From Candidatus Portnoybacteria bacterium (GTDB lineage Bacteria > Patescibacteriota > Minisyncoccia > Portnoybacterales > GWB1-42-6): DNA of 64,000 nt. The DNA lies in the NCBI GenBank assembly GCA_028688325.1, contig JAQTYI010000001.1:104820-168819 (forward strand), in the 5' to 3' direction. Below, piece after piece: positions 28,589-39,486 of this stretch. Within the stretch, counting starts at the first letter, position 1; each line of letters starts with the position of its first letter. The position numbers and the translations under genes are program-made. Below the pieces are notes generated by a model. The model was given only the letters and a program-made list of their open reading frames with translations. It made no database searches and was not told where the DNA came from.

Positions 28589-29460
28589 AATTTAAATTCC
28601 TTCGCGCCGTATAAATTTATGTAATACTGGTGGACGCCGGCGCACTTTGAGACATAAGCGCATTTGGCGCACAAATCAAAACGGACTTTCTGCGGGCTTT
28701 CTTCCAGACACGGAAAAGACAGGTGCCGATATTTTTTAGGAAAAATGCAAGGCGGATACTCAACAAACAAAAATTTGGCCAAAGCACCGAATTTTTCCTG
28801 GATTTTGATGAGATACGGCGCAGCTTGCGACATCTTTGCTATGATGCAGCGGGAATTTACGATGTTTTTGTTGAAGGGCAGGATGTGCCCGATATTAATC
28901 TCTTTTACTCCCAGGTCAATGTAAAATTTTACGATTTTAAGTAGCTCCTTGTAGTTAAGTTTGGTAACCATAACATTCAAGACCAAACTTAATCTGCGCT
29001 CTTTTTGCAAAGCAATGAAATTTTTTATTCCTTGCAGTGTTTCCTTGAAGCTTCCCTTGGCCGCGGTATGCCTGTCGTGCAGCAGAGCGTTGCACCCGGC
29101 CACCGTTATCACTGCCTGGTCCAAGCCGCTGTCGGCCAGCTTGTGCGCAAAATCCGGATAAGCCAGCAAACGGCCGTTGGTGGTTATCCCGATCTGCGAG
29201 AATTTCAAACCTTTGGCATATCTTATCAACTCAAAAATGTCCTTGCGCAGAGTCGGCTCCTGCCCCATAAAATTAATGAGATCAAATTTTTCTCTGATGG
29301 CGGCGATCTCGCGCCTGAGCTCGTCCGTGCTTTTTTGGCGGAAAATCAGGTCCCTTTCAAAGCAATAAACGCAGCGGTTGTTGCAAACATCGCCGGCGTA
29401 AACAAAGGGGCTGGCGCCCACCGGGCCCTGATAATTTTCTCTTTTAATGGCTGCCCTCAT
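28585..29460 (-). CDS. Radical SAM enzyme, paralog 3
   Basis: CNNRCVYC, TNGRLL, AAKGSF, C-terminal CAKCAYVSKCAG. ATGA overlap with paralog 2. Confidence 0.8.
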   Translation of the reverse strand: MRAAIKRENYQGPVGASPFVYAGDVCNNRCVYCFERDLIFRQKSTDELRREIAAIREKFDLINFMGQEPTLRKDIFELIRYAKGLKFSQIGITTNGRLLAYPDFAHKLADSGLDQAVITVAGCNALLHDRHTAAKGSFKETLQGIKNFIALQKERRLSLVLNVMVTKLNYKELLKIVKFYIDLGVKEINIGHILPFNKNIVNSRCIIAKMSQAAPYLIKIQEKFGALAKFLFVEYPPCIFPKKYRHLSFPCLEESPQKVRFDLCAKCAYVSKCAGVHQYYINLYGAKEFKL

Positions 29461-29476
29461 AATCTGTTCCCGTTAT

Positions 29477-30466
29477 TTATTTTACCGGTTTGAGCTCTGT
29501 CAAACCGAAAAGTTCGGCGTAAGAGCGCCAAACACCGTGGCAAGCGCTGTTATATTTGCATTGCTGGCAAACCGGCGCTTTGATCTTTTTCCCTTTCATC
29601 GATTCGTCGAGCATCGCTTCAAATTCCGGCCCGATAAGCAAAGTGCCCAGCGGCCCTAGATCATTGATATATATCTCGTGACCCGGTACCAGGCAAGGCA
29701 CCATATTATATATGAAAGATTGCACTCTTCTTGCCGTTAAATTATTAACAATATCTATGGCCCGGCAAAGATACGGCGCCACCTTGCTCATCGGGGCGAC
29801 AATATCGGTATTATCAATGGCATTGCCTTCAAGCATGACCATGGTAAAACGAATTTCTTGAATCTTAAAATTCTTCAATAAAAATTTAACATGCTCTTCC
29901 AGCTGTTTATAGTTTAATTCCAGCATAACTATGTTGATCTTGACCTTGTGGCCGAGTTCATTGAGATTTTTTATTCCCTGGAAGGCCTGTTTGAAAGTCC
30001 CCGGCACGCCCATGATCTTGTCGGCCAGCTCGGGCTTGTGGGAATGGAAAGAAACCACAAAATTATTAACGCCGCTGTCAATTAATTTCCGGCAATATTC
30101 TTTGTACGCGTAAACCCGGCCGTTGGACTGGACTTCAATATGAGATAGGCCGATCTTTTTGGCGTAAGCGGCCAATTCCGGCAGGTCCCGGCGTAAATTC
30201 GGCTCGCCGCCCGAAAAAGCGAAACCCGCCGCCTTCATTTCCTTTACCCTGTCTATATCTTTTTTAACATCCTCAAAGGGACGCACGGCATGATAATCGG
30301 CGCTGCCGATGTTGCGCTTTATTTGGAGCCCCGTAGAACACATCAGGCAATTGCAATTGCACTTAAAAATCACCAAACTTTCCACTTTGCTCGCCTGCCT
30401 CCCCTCTGGCATTGTTTGTTCTTCTATATTTTTTGTATTTTGCTTAACTGTATTTTTTTTAACCAT
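29477..30466 (-). CDS. Radical SAM enzyme, paralog 4
   Basis: CNCNCLMC, GGEPNL, SNGRVY, C-terminal CQQCKYNSACHG. Confidence 0.8.
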   Translation of the reverse strand: MVKKNTVKQNTKNIEEQTMPEGRQASKVESLVIFKCNCNCLMCSTGLQIKRNIGSADYHAVRPFEDVKKDIDRVKEMKAAGFAFSGGEPNLRRDLPELAAYAKKIGLSHIEVQSNGRVYAYKEYCRKLIDSGVNNFVVSFHSHKPELADKIMGVPGTFKQAFQGIKNLNELGHKVKINIVMLELNYKQLEEHVKFLLKNFKIQEIRFTMVMLEGNAIDNTDIVAPMSKVAPYLCRAIDIVNNLTARRVQSFIYNMVPCLVPGHEIYINDLGPLGTLLIGPEFEAMLDESMKGKKIKAPVCQQCKYNSACHGVWRSYAELFGLTELKPVK

Positions 30467-30469
30467 AAA

Positions 30470-31450
30470 TTAATTAAGGCAGCCGTGTTTTGCCGCCAGT
30501 TTTTTTATTTCCGCGCCGCCGTAACGGTTTAAATATTCCCGCCAAATGCCGCCGCATTCCTTATAATACCGACAGCCGGCGCAAATGGCAATGTTTTCCC
30601 GGTAGGCATCCGCGAAAATCCCCTCTTCATTTTTTTCTATGCGTTTGGGGTCATATCCAACCTGATAGCTTGTTTCCGCCCGTTTTTTGGCGTTGACCAA
30701 GCAGACATTTTTCAAAGACCTAATCTCGGGCGAAAAAACGCAAAGCGGAAAATCAAAAAAACCAAGCTCCTTAAAATCGCCGGCGATCGATGCCAGAGAA
30801 TTCAGTTCTTTGGCCAATTCAGCCAAACGCACGGCCAAAATATCATAAAACTTTTTGGCATTGCCGTCGGGGATCAGATCCAGCAAATACCAATGCTTGA
30901 CCCCCAGGCCCCGCACAAAAGCGCCGAACTTTTCCAAAGATTTATGGTTCAAGCGCGAAATGACCGAGCTGATGTTTAAATGGACTGGCGGAAACTTTTT
31001 TATGTTTTCTATCCCCGCCAAAATTTCGCCAAAAGATCCCGGCACGCGCGTCAGCGCTTCATGCGTTTTTTTATCCGGCCCCAGCAATGAAAAAGTCACT
31101 TTATTGAGCCCGGCCGCCACGATCTTTTGGCAAAAATCCGGATAACCCAGCAGCCGACCATTGGTGCTCAGCGCAATAGTTTGATACCCTATGTCTTTAG
31201 CCGCTGCCACCAGATCAAAAATATCGCGCCGCAGCGTCGTCTCCCCGCCAGTGAATTCAACCCCGTTAAAACCCTCTTCCCTGCCTTGCTTCAGATCTCC
31301 TATCAGATCATGATGGGTCCGATCCGGGTAAAATTTTTCTTTTCCCCTGATCGAACACATCAGGCAGTTATTGTTACAGGAAAAGCCGACCAGCACCAAA
31401 AGGCCTTCGGCGATCGGTTCTTTTTTTTCAGCTTTTTTCTTTTCAGGCAT
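30470..31450 (-). CDS. Radical SAM enzyme, paralog 5
   Basis: CNNNCLMC, GGETTL, TNGRLL, C-terminal CAGCRYYKECGG. Confidence 0.8.
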   Translation of the reverse strand: MPEKKKAEKKEPIAEGLLVLVGFSCNNNCLMCSIRGKEKFYPDRTHHDLIGDLKQGREEGFNGVEFTGGETTLRRDIFDLVAAAKDIGYQTIALSTNGRLLGYPDFCQKIVAAGLNKVTFSLLGPDKKTHEALTRVPGSFGEILAGIENIKKFPPVHLNISSVISRLNHKSLEKFGAFVRGLGVKHWYLLDLIPDGNAKKFYDILAVRLAELAKELNSLASIAGDFKELGFFDFPLCVFSPEIRSLKNVCLVNAKKRAETSYQVGYDPKRIEKNEEGIFADAYRENIAICAGCRYYKECGGIWREYLNRYGGAEIKKLAAKHGCLN

Positions 31451-31459
31451 TTTTCAACT

Positions 31460-32479
31460 TTAATAATACCGCCGATGGCAGCAACAGCCGCAAATCGCGG
31501 GCAACCCTCCTTTTTTAATTTGTTTGCGGAAGCCGGCCAAAGCCGGCCCCTGCCAGATCTCTTTAATGCCAGCTGATTTTAAATTACCCAAAATAAAATT
31601 ACAACCCAAAACTCCGCCGCCTGGCGAAACATCAAGATCGGGTAACAAGCTCAAGCCAAGCCATGGCAAAAAACAATCTTTTTTGAATCTATCTTTGCCG
31701 GCGGGAAAATAAAAATCGGCCAGATCTCTCTTTTTGACCGCCGGAACAAAAATGACATCAAAGGGCAGGTCCATTTTCTCCAGCGCCGACATTTGCGCCG
31801 CTATTTCTTCAGAATTCAGCTTTGTCGGCTTGGCGTTGGCGGCAAAATAAGGGTGCTGAAAAGACAAGAGGTTTATTTCAATCCGATTATCAGCAAAATA
31901 TCGCGCGATCTGCGCCAAACGAAAAAAATTATTTTCTCCAATTAAGCAGTTAACATTGATTATCTTCTTGTTCCGCTTCCCCTTCTCCAGGGCGCGCATC
32001 TTCTTTATCCCCGCCAGTGCCAATTCGAAACAGCCGCGCAGTTTCCTTGCTTCATCATGCGTCTCGCCCAGATCATCCAATGAAACATTGATCTGGTCCA
32101 AGCGCGACGAAGATAAAATTTCAGCCCGGCGGCCCAGCATAACGCCGTTAGTTGTCAGGGAAAATCTGAACCGGCCGGCGTCAAGCGACTTTACTATTTT
32201 TTCAAACTCCGGGTGCAACAACGGCTCTCCCCCGAACAAATGTATCCGGGGTTTGATAAAAAATTTTTTGGCCTCTTTTAAAATACGCTCAAAATCACCC
32301 AAAGCCATAAAGCCCTTTCGACCGCGGTAAAAATCGCCGTTTTTTTGGTAGCAAAAAGCGCAATCGCAATTGCATTCCAAAGTCAGATGGACCAGCAAAA
32401 AAAGCGGCGAGGGGCCGCCGAAAAATCTTATCGGAGCAAAAAATTTTGATGATTTACCGATTATTTTTTTCAGATTCAT
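31460..32479 (-). CDS. Radical SAM enzyme, paralog 6 (divergent Cys-rich C-terminus)
   Basis: CNCDCAFC, GGEPLL, TNGVML. C-terminal GGGVLGC...CGCCCH. Confidence 0.75.
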   Translation of the reverse strand: MNLKKIIGKSSKFFAPIRFFGGPSPLFLLVHLTLECNCDCAFCYQKNGDFYRGRKGFMALGDFERILKEAKKFFIKPRIHLFGGEPLLHPEFEKIVKSLDAGRFRFSLTTNGVMLGRRAEILSSSRLDQINVSLDDLGETHDEARKLRGCFELALAGIKKMRALEKGKRNKKIINVNCLIGENNFFRLAQIARYFADNRIEINLLSFQHPYFAANAKPTKLNSEEIAAQMSALEKMDLPFDVIFVPAVKKRDLADFYFPAGKDRFKKDCFLPWLGLSLLPDLDVSPGGGVLGCNFILGNLKSAGIKEIWQGPALAGFRKQIKKGGLPAICGCCCHRRYY

Positions 32480-32483
32480 CTTT

Positions 32484-33692
32484 TTATTTAGCCGATCCGT
32501 TCTTGATCAAATTATTTGATCTTATTATTTCACTCAGCATTTGCGCGGCGACCGCGTGTCCCCTTTCGTCGTAGTGGCCGCCTTCATCGCCTGTTTCCAA
32601 TTTTGATTTGACATCCCGCACATCGTCCACGCGGTCGCAAATATTGGCATAAAATATATCCTTGCCGCCGGCAAACTTTCTCAATTTTTTGTCGAGCTCC
32701 GCACCCCGATATTTCCTCTTAGCCAGACAGAGATTCTCGCTGGCAAAAGCCGGAGGGAAATTAATCAGTATGAAGGGGATGTTTTTCTTTTTGGCCAACT
32801 CGCCAAATTCAGCCAAAGAATCAAAAGCGGCGTTCATGGTGTCGTCGGTAATACTATTTCCGGCATATATTAGATTCAATTTATAAGACACAAATCTCAT
32901 AAAATTTGAATTTTTCAATAAAAAAGAGCTGGTGCTCCGGCCGACCATCGGCAGCATCGGGACTATCTTATCGCCGACCAACAGCACATCAGTTTTTGTG
33001 CTGACGCTCTGGCCGCTGCCGTTGAATCCCAATTGGTATCTGACCGGCCCAAGGTCGTTATTGGTGAATTGAAGGATCAAAAGATCCGGCTGGAGCCCAA
33101 GGCCGATTTCTTTGAATAATTTCAATTCCTGATAAGTATTCAGCCCGCCGTCCGATAAATTTATGACCTGGACCGGGACTGCCTTTTCGGGCGCATCCTT
33201 AGTTAATAATCCTTCCAGCTGATTAGTGTATATGCTGCCGTTTTTCTGAGGACTCTCCAGGCCGGCGCCGGTCGTAAACGAGTCGCCTACGGCCAATATC
33301 CGGAAAGTGCCTTCTTTTTCAATCTTCGTATTTCTCAAATACCACTGCTCGGAAATTTTATTATCACTTAGATCATAGACAAGGCCGTCTTCTCTGTCGA
33401 TATACGCGTCGTTCTTAAAAAAATTTTCCAATATGCTGGCCTTCCAGCGAGTATGCTCGTCATATATGCTTTTCTCGTCAAAAAATAATCTGCTGGGTAT
33501 TTCCAGCGCCGAAAAAACAGCCGCCATGGCTACGATGGATATCGCGATATTTATTATGTATTTGCTCAAAAGATCCCTATTGATCGATTTCATTAAAATA
33601 TCGTGTAGATAAAAGGCGAAAGGGCGCTTTCCTGGCCCAGAACGATCAGCAAACCGGCTAAGGCCAGCATCACGATGATCGGCGCCAACCAC
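32484..33692 (-). CDS. Membrane-anchored SGNH/GDSL-family hydrolase
   Basis: GDSx block AVGDSFTTG. C-terminal DEGGHYDERGH (DxxH). An alternative start is the ATG at 33593 (MKSINRDLL... followed by a TM). Confidence 0.6.
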   Translation of the reverse strand: MVGADHRDAGLSRFADRSGPGKRPFAFYLHDILMKSINRDLLSKYIINIAISIVAMAAVFSALEIPSRLFFDEKSIYDEHTRWKASILENFFKNDAYIDREDGLVYDLSDNKISEQWYLRNTKIEKEGTFRILAVGDSFTTGAGLESPQKNGSIYTNQLEGLLTKDAPEKAVPVQVINLSDGGLNTYQELKLFKEIGLGLQPDLLILQFTNNDLGPVRYQLGFNGSGQSVSTKTDVLLVGDKIVPMLPMVGRSTSSFLLKNSNFMRFVSYKLNLIYAGNSITDDTMNAAFDSLAEFGELAKKKNIPFILINFPPAFASENLCLAKRKYRGAELDKKLRKFAGGKDIFYANICDRVDDVRDVKSKLETGDEGGHYDERGHAVAAQMLSEIIRSNNLIKNGSAK

Positions 33693-33769
33693 CAGGCCTT
33701 CCTAACTTTCAAAAAATCCCAGATTTCCGCCGACAATGATTTATTTTCTTGTTCCATAAAATTGATCTA

Positions 33770-35485
33770 TTATTGTTTTTTTATTAAAAAATTACCCATG
33801 ACCAAATAGTCTATCCCGGTATTCAAGAAGCACAAATAAGCGTCTTTCAGCGAAGAAACTATCGGCTCGCGATTTATATTGAAAGAAGTATTGACCAGAA
33901 TCGGCACTCCCGATATTTTACCAAACTTCTTGATTAAATCATAATACGGCGGATTATCGCTTCTCTTGACGATTTGCGGGCGGGCAGTGCCGTCAATGTG
34001 GCAAACCGCCGGAATTTTTGTTTGCCAATATTTTTTTATCGGACAGACCGCCAGCATATACTCGGCCGGGATAAAAAGCGCTTTGTCCAGCTTAAAATAT
34101 TCTCCGGCGTCTTCACGGCAGACGGCGGGAGCGAACGGCCGGAAATTTTCCCGATGCTTGACCCCCAGATTCAGGATATCTTTCATTTTCGGGTTCAGCG
34201 GATTGGCTAAAATGCTTCTGGCGCCCAGCGCCCGCGGCCCCCACTCTTCCCTGCCCTGAAACCAACCGATAATTTTGTCTTCGAATATCAACCGGGCGGT
34301 TTTTTCAACCAATTCTTTTTTATCGGCAAATTCATGATATGCCGCCCGATTCCGATCTAAAAATTCTTTGATTTCCTGATCGGAATATTCCGGCCCCAGA
34401 TAAGCATCGGGCAGCAGCCGGCGATTCCCATTGGCGAAGATTTGATGATAGGCGAAAAGTGCCGCCCCCAGGCTCGTTCCGCCATCGGCAGCATTGGGCT
34501 GTATCCAAACATTTTTAAATTTGGTTTTTTCCGGGATCTTTCCGTTTAAAACACTGTTTAACGCCACCCCGCCGGCCAAAATGATATTTTTGCATTTATA
34601 AATATCGTATAGATGGTTCAATATTTTGAAAACCGCCTCTTCCGTTATCATCTGCAGGGCCGCAGCGATGTCTTGGTGCCGCTTTTCTATCGAAGAATCT
34701 TTTTCCCGAACCGGGCCACCAAGCAACGAACACAATTTAGACGATGGCATCCGGCCGGCATAATGATACTCAAAATAGCTCATGTCGATCCTGAAACTTC
34801 CATCTTCCTTGATATCTATCGCTCCCCTTAATTTTTCATAATAAATATTTTTCAGCTTGTCTTTTTCCCCGTATGCGCCAAGCCCCATAACCTTATATTC
34901 CGAGTCATTGACCGGAAAGCCCAGATAAGCGGTAATTGCCGAATAGAACAGCCCCAAAGAGTGCGGAAAATTTATCTGACCGGCAAGCTTTATTCTGTCC
35001 TTATCGCCAAATCCGTAAGCGGTCGTCGCCCACTCACCAGCTCCGTCAACGGTCAAGATCGCCGCCTTTTCAAAAGGGCTACAGAAAAAAGAACCGGCCG
35101 CGTGCGCCTGATGGTGCTCAACGAACAAAACGCTTTTTTTATATCCTAATTTTTTTCTGACCGCTTTCATTATCCGCAATCTTTCGCCCAGCCATACCGG
35201 AATAACCGCTAAAAACCGGCGCCAGCCCCGAGGAAAGGTCTCTATGAACTGACAAAGAAGTCTTTCAAATTTCAGTAAGGGCTTTTCATAAAAGACGATG
35301 AAATCGATTTCATCGATCAAAATTCCCTGGCTGGACAGACAATAATCGATCGCTCCGGAGGGAAAAGAATTGTCGTGCTTTTTCCGCGTCAATCGCTCCT
35401 CTTGGATGGCCGCCACCACTCGGCCGTCTTTTAGCAGGGCGGCGGAAGAATCATGAAAAAAACAGCTGATGCCTAAAATATACAT
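33770..35485 (-). CDS. NodU/CmcH/TobZ-family carbamoyltransferase
   Basis: N-terminus MYILGISCFFHDSSAALL is the family signature. 571 aa, the same size as TobZ. Confidence 0.75.
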   Translation of the reverse strand: MYILGISCFFHDSSAALLKDGRVVAAIQEERLTRKKHDNSFPSGAIDYCLSSQGILIDEIDFIVFYEKPLLKFERLLCQFIETFPRGWRRFLAVIPVWLGERLRIMKAVRKKLGYKKSVLFVEHHQAHAAGSFFCSPFEKAAILTVDGAGEWATTAYGFGDKDRIKLAGQINFPHSLGLFYSAITAYLGFPVNDSEYKVMGLGAYGEKDKLKNIYYEKLRGAIDIKEDGSFRIDMSYFEYHYAGRMPSSKLCSLLGGPVREKDSSIEKRHQDIAAALQMITEEAVFKILNHLYDIYKCKNIILAGGVALNSVLNGKIPEKTKFKNVWIQPNAADGGTSLGAALFAYHQIFANGNRRLLPDAYLGPEYSDQEIKEFLDRNRAAYHEFADKKELVEKTARLIFEDKIIGWFQGREEWGPRALGARSILANPLNPKMKDILNLGVKHRENFRPFAPAVCREDAGEYFKLDKALFIPAEYMLAVCPIKKYWQTKIPAVCHIDGTARPQIVKRSDNPPYYDLIKKFGKISGVPILVNTSFNINREPIVSSLKDAYLCFLNTGIDYLVMGNFLIKKQ

Positions 35486-35491
35486 AAAAAA

Positions 35492-35743
35492 TTAAAATTG
35501 CCTGAAAAAATTATCTTTTTTTTCGCCAACTATGCTCCGTTTTTCCCAATAAGTTTTTGCTTTTTTATCAATATCTAAACTTAGAAATTTTTTGCCCATT
35601 ATTTTTGCCGCCAAAAAAACCGAACCCGCGCCAAAAAAATAGACCAGCGCCAACAAAAATAAATTTAAAAAAATTCCGATATTTTCGGAGAAAACGACGA
35701 ATCCCTTTCTAAGACCTTTAAAAAAATGCGTCCTTGCGGTCAT
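35492..35743 (-). CDS. Small membrane hypothetical
   Basis: 83-aa ORF with one TM. It overlaps the GT2 start by 25 nt. Confidence 0.25.
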   Translation of the reverse strand: MTARTHFFKGLRKGFVVFSENIGIFLNLFLLALVYFFGAGSVFLAAKIMGKKFLSLDIDKKAKTYWEKRSIVGEKKDNFFRQF

Positions 35744-36599
35744 AAATTGATCTACTGATCAAACGGCCCAAAAAATAGAGTGCCGCGACCAAAGCCCCCA
35801 CCAAAAAAATCCCCGGATAGCCGGCCCTCCGGAACAACAAAAAGTAAAAAAAGGCGGTGAAAAAACAAAAAGCCGAAGTAAAACCGAGTTTTTGACCGAT
35901 CTTTTCCGGCTTAACGCCCCGGAAAGATATCTCCGCCCTTTTTTTGAACAGAAAGAATATGTTTCCCAGTCCGTCGCGCCATTTTCTCAATTTGACTTCG
36001 CCGATCCGGTCAGCATAGCCGATCGGCACTTCGGCGAATTTGAGACCCTCGGCCAGCAGCGCCTCCATTTTTATCTCTTCAGACAGCGCCATCCCCTTGC
36101 TTTTGAGCATGAACGAAAAAAGAACTTTCCGCTTAAACACCCACATGCCCGACTGGGAATCTTTCATCCTTTTTGCCGTCATCAAAAAAAACAGAGCGGT
36201 CAGTATCGCGTTGCCGAATTTATTGATCGTCTTCATTGAGCCGCTTTTTTTCAAAGGGAATCTGGCTCCGGAAATAAAATCCAGATCCCGGTCAAAGAAA
36301 ACCGCCAGAAGCCCCTTAACCTCTTCAATGGGATAAGAATTATCGCCGTCCATCGTCACAATAACATCTCCGCCGGCCGCCCGGAAACCGGCCTGATAAG
36401 CCGCTCCATATCCCCGCCGCGCCTCAAAAACGACTTTGGCGCCCAATCCTTCGGCCACCTTCGCGCTTTTATCGGTTGAGCGGTTGTCGACCACTATAAT
36501 TTCGTCGAAAAAATCCGGCCGGCGTTCCAGGATTTTTTTTATTCCTTCTTCTTCGTTATAGCAAGGAATGACCAACGAGATCTTTCTATCGCAAAACAT
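35718..36599 (-). CDS. Family 2 glycosyltransferase (Dpm1/GtrB-like, C-terminal TM anchor)
   Basis: VIPCYNEE, VVDNRSTD, TMDGD (DxD). Confidence 0.7.
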   Translation of the reverse strand: MFCDRKISLVIPCYNEEEGIKKILERRPDFFDEIIVVDNRSTDKSAKVAEGLGAKVVFEARRGYGAAYQAGFRAAGGDVIVTMDGDNSYPIEEVKGLLAVFFDRDLDFISGARFPLKKSGSMKTINKFGNAILTALFFLMTAKRMKDSQSGMWVFKRKVLFSFMLKSKGMALSEEIKMEALLAEGLKFAEVPIGYADRIGEVKLRKWRDGLGNIFFLFKKRAEISFRGVKPEKIGQKLGFTSAFCFFTAFFYFLLFRRAGYPGIFLVGALVAALYFLGRLISRSIYDRKDAFF

Positions 36600-36607
36600 A
36601 ATCGGCG

Positions 36608-38548
36608 TTATTTAACTTTCATCTTATACACGGATAAGAGCCCTTGAGTGAAAAGCAATTCTTTTTTTTCCAGATTATCCCGCAAAAAACGGCAACCCCG
36701 GTCGGCGAACAAAGGATCAGAGCAGAGGCGGTCGCCGATATAAACCAAGCACTCATTTTTTTTCACTTCCCGCAAAAAGAGATGCTCCGTTTCGTCGTTC
36801 ACTAAAGAAAGAGAGGCGGTTTGCCGGCGATTATCCTTGAAATAATCGCTGGTAACCACCATATGCTGGCTGGTTATTATCAAGCACCCGTTGGGAATTC
36901 TACCGATCGCCATCCAGTAATCTTGGGGGGGATAAATCAAAGAACGGTCGCCTTTCTTGTCCGCCCGGGCATCTTGGAAGATAACGCCGGGAAAATAAAC
37001 CGATGAAATCTGCTCCCGAGAGACCATCCTGCCGGAAAAGTAAGAGAGGGCTCCGCCGGGCTTAGAAAAAGGAAAATAAGAAATAATATTGAAAGACGCG
37101 GCGGCCAAAAAGACAAGCAGCAAGTTCAATGCCAAAAATCGCCGTCCTTTCATCGGATTGAAAGAATAAAATCCCCAGCCGGCGATTATCGCCATCGGCA
37201 GATGGAACATCAGCGAGCGGCGATAGTAATCCCCCGTCAAAGCGCCGGTGCCGCTGATATTGCCGTCAAAAAGCATGCAATAAACCAGAAAATAAGCGCC
37301 AAAAAATCCCCAGGGCAGCCAGTGTTCTTTTTCTTTCCAATAGGAAAAAAGCAGCGCCGCGGCCGCCAGAAAAACCAAAGAAACCAAAAGATCATAATGC
37401 CAGATCCCGCTTCCCAGGGGCGACAGATTGAAAAATTGCAGAAAAAACGCCCAAGCCGGTAAGGCCGCCGTCTTTAACGACAACGCAAGAAAACCGATTT
37501 TTCCTCCTTGATAAGTGCTGTAAGGATTATTGAACAGGAGCCAATGCAGCACCGGCAACTGCAAAATGATAAAAAACAAGGCAAAAGACGCCACCATAAA
37601 AAGCCCTTTGAAATCCGGCCGGCCGGACAACAAAGACAAAAACCATGACTTGATTCGCGGCCAATTGAAAACCAGCAGGAAAAACAGGAAAAAAGGCACC
37701 AGAACATAACTTTCCTGCCTTATATAAATGGCGTAGGACAAGCTGGCCAGCCAAGCCAGCCAGACGGCCGGCCGGCCGTTTTTTTGCGCCAGGATGAAAA
37801 GCAGCAGTGCCAGCCCCGCGAAAAAAAGACCCGCCGGGCGCGCCTCGCCGCTCTGCGAGTTGATGATATTGAGCGGAATCAAAGAAAAAACCAGCGCGGC
37901 ATAGAGCCCCGCTTCTTCTTTTTTGAAGACAAGGTATGCGATGAGGAATGCCAGCAGTATCGTCAAGCTGCTCAGGATCGCTGAGATAACTGAAGCGTTC
38001 AAACTGTGTATCCCGAATACCAGATGAGCCAAAGCAATGAGGAAAGGAAAACCGGGCGGCGCCAAAACCTGCTCAAACAGCTGGCAATCAGCATGGGTTC
38101 CTAGCGCACAAGATTTAACGAACTGGCCGTGCAGGACCCAAAGATGGGCCGATTCTTGCGCCACATAGCCGTCGGTATGCGGCCCCAGCCAATACTGGGC
38201 GTTTCTCACCCAAAAACCATATAAAAAAATCACCAGCAAAAGCAGCCAGATTTTTTTATCTATTTTTTTCACTTCTTCCCAAGTGCGCCGGGCGTTTATG
38301 GCAACTAGAAAAACCAGCAGCGAAAAATGCGCCAACATGAAATAAAAAAGCCAACTTTGGAAGATTTTATAACCGAACATAAAGGGTATTAAACTCCAGA
38401 ACAAAGCCCTGGGCTCAAAGCCGGAGAATGCCCCCGCAATTGCGTGGTTAAGGCATAAAAGGGCCCTGTATTTTGTTTTCACTCGAACAATATGCCCCTG
38501 GCGCATTGTCCTCGCTATCCAAAATAAAAAACTCCCCGGCTTAAACAA
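36608..38548 (-). CDS. Large polytopic membrane protein, GT-C (ArnT/PMT-like) glycosyltransferase candidate
   Basis: 646 aa with more than 12 TM segments. It is paired with a GtrB-like GT2. There is no sequence-level proof. Confidence 0.35.
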   Translation of the reverse strand: MFKPGSFLFWIARTMRQGHIVRVKTKYRALLCLNHAIAGAFSGFEPRALFWSLIPFMFGYKIFQSWLFYFMLAHFSLLVFLVAINARRTWEEVKKIDKKIWLLLLVIFLYGFWVRNAQYWLGPHTDGYVAQESAHLWVLHGQFVKSCALGTHADCQLFEQVLAPPGFPFLIALAHLVFGIHSLNASVISAILSSLTILLAFLIAYLVFKKEEAGLYAALVFSLIPLNIINSQSGEARPAGLFFAGLALLLFILAQKNGRPAVWLAWLASLSYAIYIRQESYVLVPFFLFFLLVFNWPRIKSWFLSLLSGRPDFKGLFMVASFALFFIILQLPVLHWLLFNNPYSTYQGGKIGFLALSLKTAALPAWAFFLQFFNLSPLGSGIWHYDLLVSLVFLAAAALLFSYWKEKEHWLPWGFFGAYFLVYCMLFDGNISGTGALTGDYYRRSLMFHLPMAIIAGWGFYSFNPMKGRRFLALNLLLVFLAAASFNIISYFPFSKPGGALSYFSGRMVSREQISSVYFPGVIFQDARADKKGDRSLIYPPQDYWMAIGRIPNGCLIITSQHMVVTSDYFKDNRRQTASLSLVNDETEHLFLREVKKNECLVYIGDRLCSDPLFADRGCRFLRDNLEKKELLFTQGLLSVYKMKVK

Positions 38549-39485
38549 AATTCAAAAAATACGCGGCTAATTGCTCGTTGTTGCGCCATTCGAAGATTTT
38601 TTTAGCTCCCTTGAAAACCGAAAAATGCTCCCTGCCAAAAACTATCTTGTTGCCGCCAGCAATCCCCTTTTTCACAGAGAGCAAAGCCGCGCCGTCCCTT
38701 TCTTTTTCTCCGAATTCCGGATAACTAGCCCTGAGATATCTCGCCCGCTCGTAAAAAAGCCCTCCCCGGCCCGCCTTTCCGTCGAATAAAAACCCTTGCC
38801 GCCTGTCCCAAGAATTATAAATATTCTCGCCGACCGGATCTAAAAAGATCAGCAACGGTCTTTTCAGGAGGCCGACCAGCTCCCGATAAAATTCCGGCGA
38901 ATCTTTTTTGACGCAAGCCATGATCTTTTTATGGTAAGCCAGGGTGCTCTTGCAGGAAAAGGAACAGGGCAGATGGAAAGAGAGATAATGATTGGAAATG
39001 CCGTTCAAAAAACTGTTCATCAAAAAATCAATCTTCGGCGGGATCTCTTTAAAAATAGGGCTCTGCGCGGCGGTGACCGAATGCGTCACATTTTCGATGT
39101 AGCGGTCGACACAGCAAGCCGGATAGCCCAAAAGCCGGCTGAATTCCTTGACTTCTTTCAGCGCCTGGCCGAAGTCTTTTTTTTCTATGATGATTTTGAA
39201 AGACGGATCGACCCTCTTGGCTTTCTTGGCCGATTTCGCGTCAAGCGAAAAATAGATGTTATGTCTGCCCAGCAATTTTTTGTCGCTGACAGCCATCTTC
39301 AGCCCCCATTTTTTGCACACCTCCCGATAAAGCGCCAGGTCTTCCTCCTTGCTGATCTCTCCCCGAAAAACTTTTTTCAATCCGTTCTTGACGGCGATGA
39401 GATCCACCGAAGAGAGCAGCATATCCCCTCCCCAGAAGCCCCTAACGCTCTCGCCCGGCCAGAATGTTTTTTCTTTTTTTGCCAT
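38541..39485 (-). CDS. Hypothetical Cys-motif protein (LGYPACC motif)
   Basis: 314 aa, embedded in the rSAM array. Motifs GYPACCVDRY and HLPCSFSCK. Confidence 0.4.
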   Translation of the reverse strand: MAKKEKTFWPGESVRGFWGGDMLLSSVDLIAVKNGLKKVFRGEISKEEDLALYREVCKKWGLKMAVSDKKLLGRHNIYFSLDAKSAKKAKRVDPSFKIIIEKKDFGQALKEVKEFSRLLGYPACCVDRYIENVTHSVTAAQSPIFKEIPPKIDFLMNSFLNGISNHYLSFHLPCSFSCKSTLAYHKKIMACVKKDSPEFYRELVGLLKRPLLIFLDPVGENIYNSWDRRQGFLFDGKAGRGGLFYERARYLRASYPEFGEKERDGAALLSVKKGIAGGNKIVFGREHFSVFKGAKKIFEWRNNEQLAAYFLNFV

Positions 39486-39486
39486 G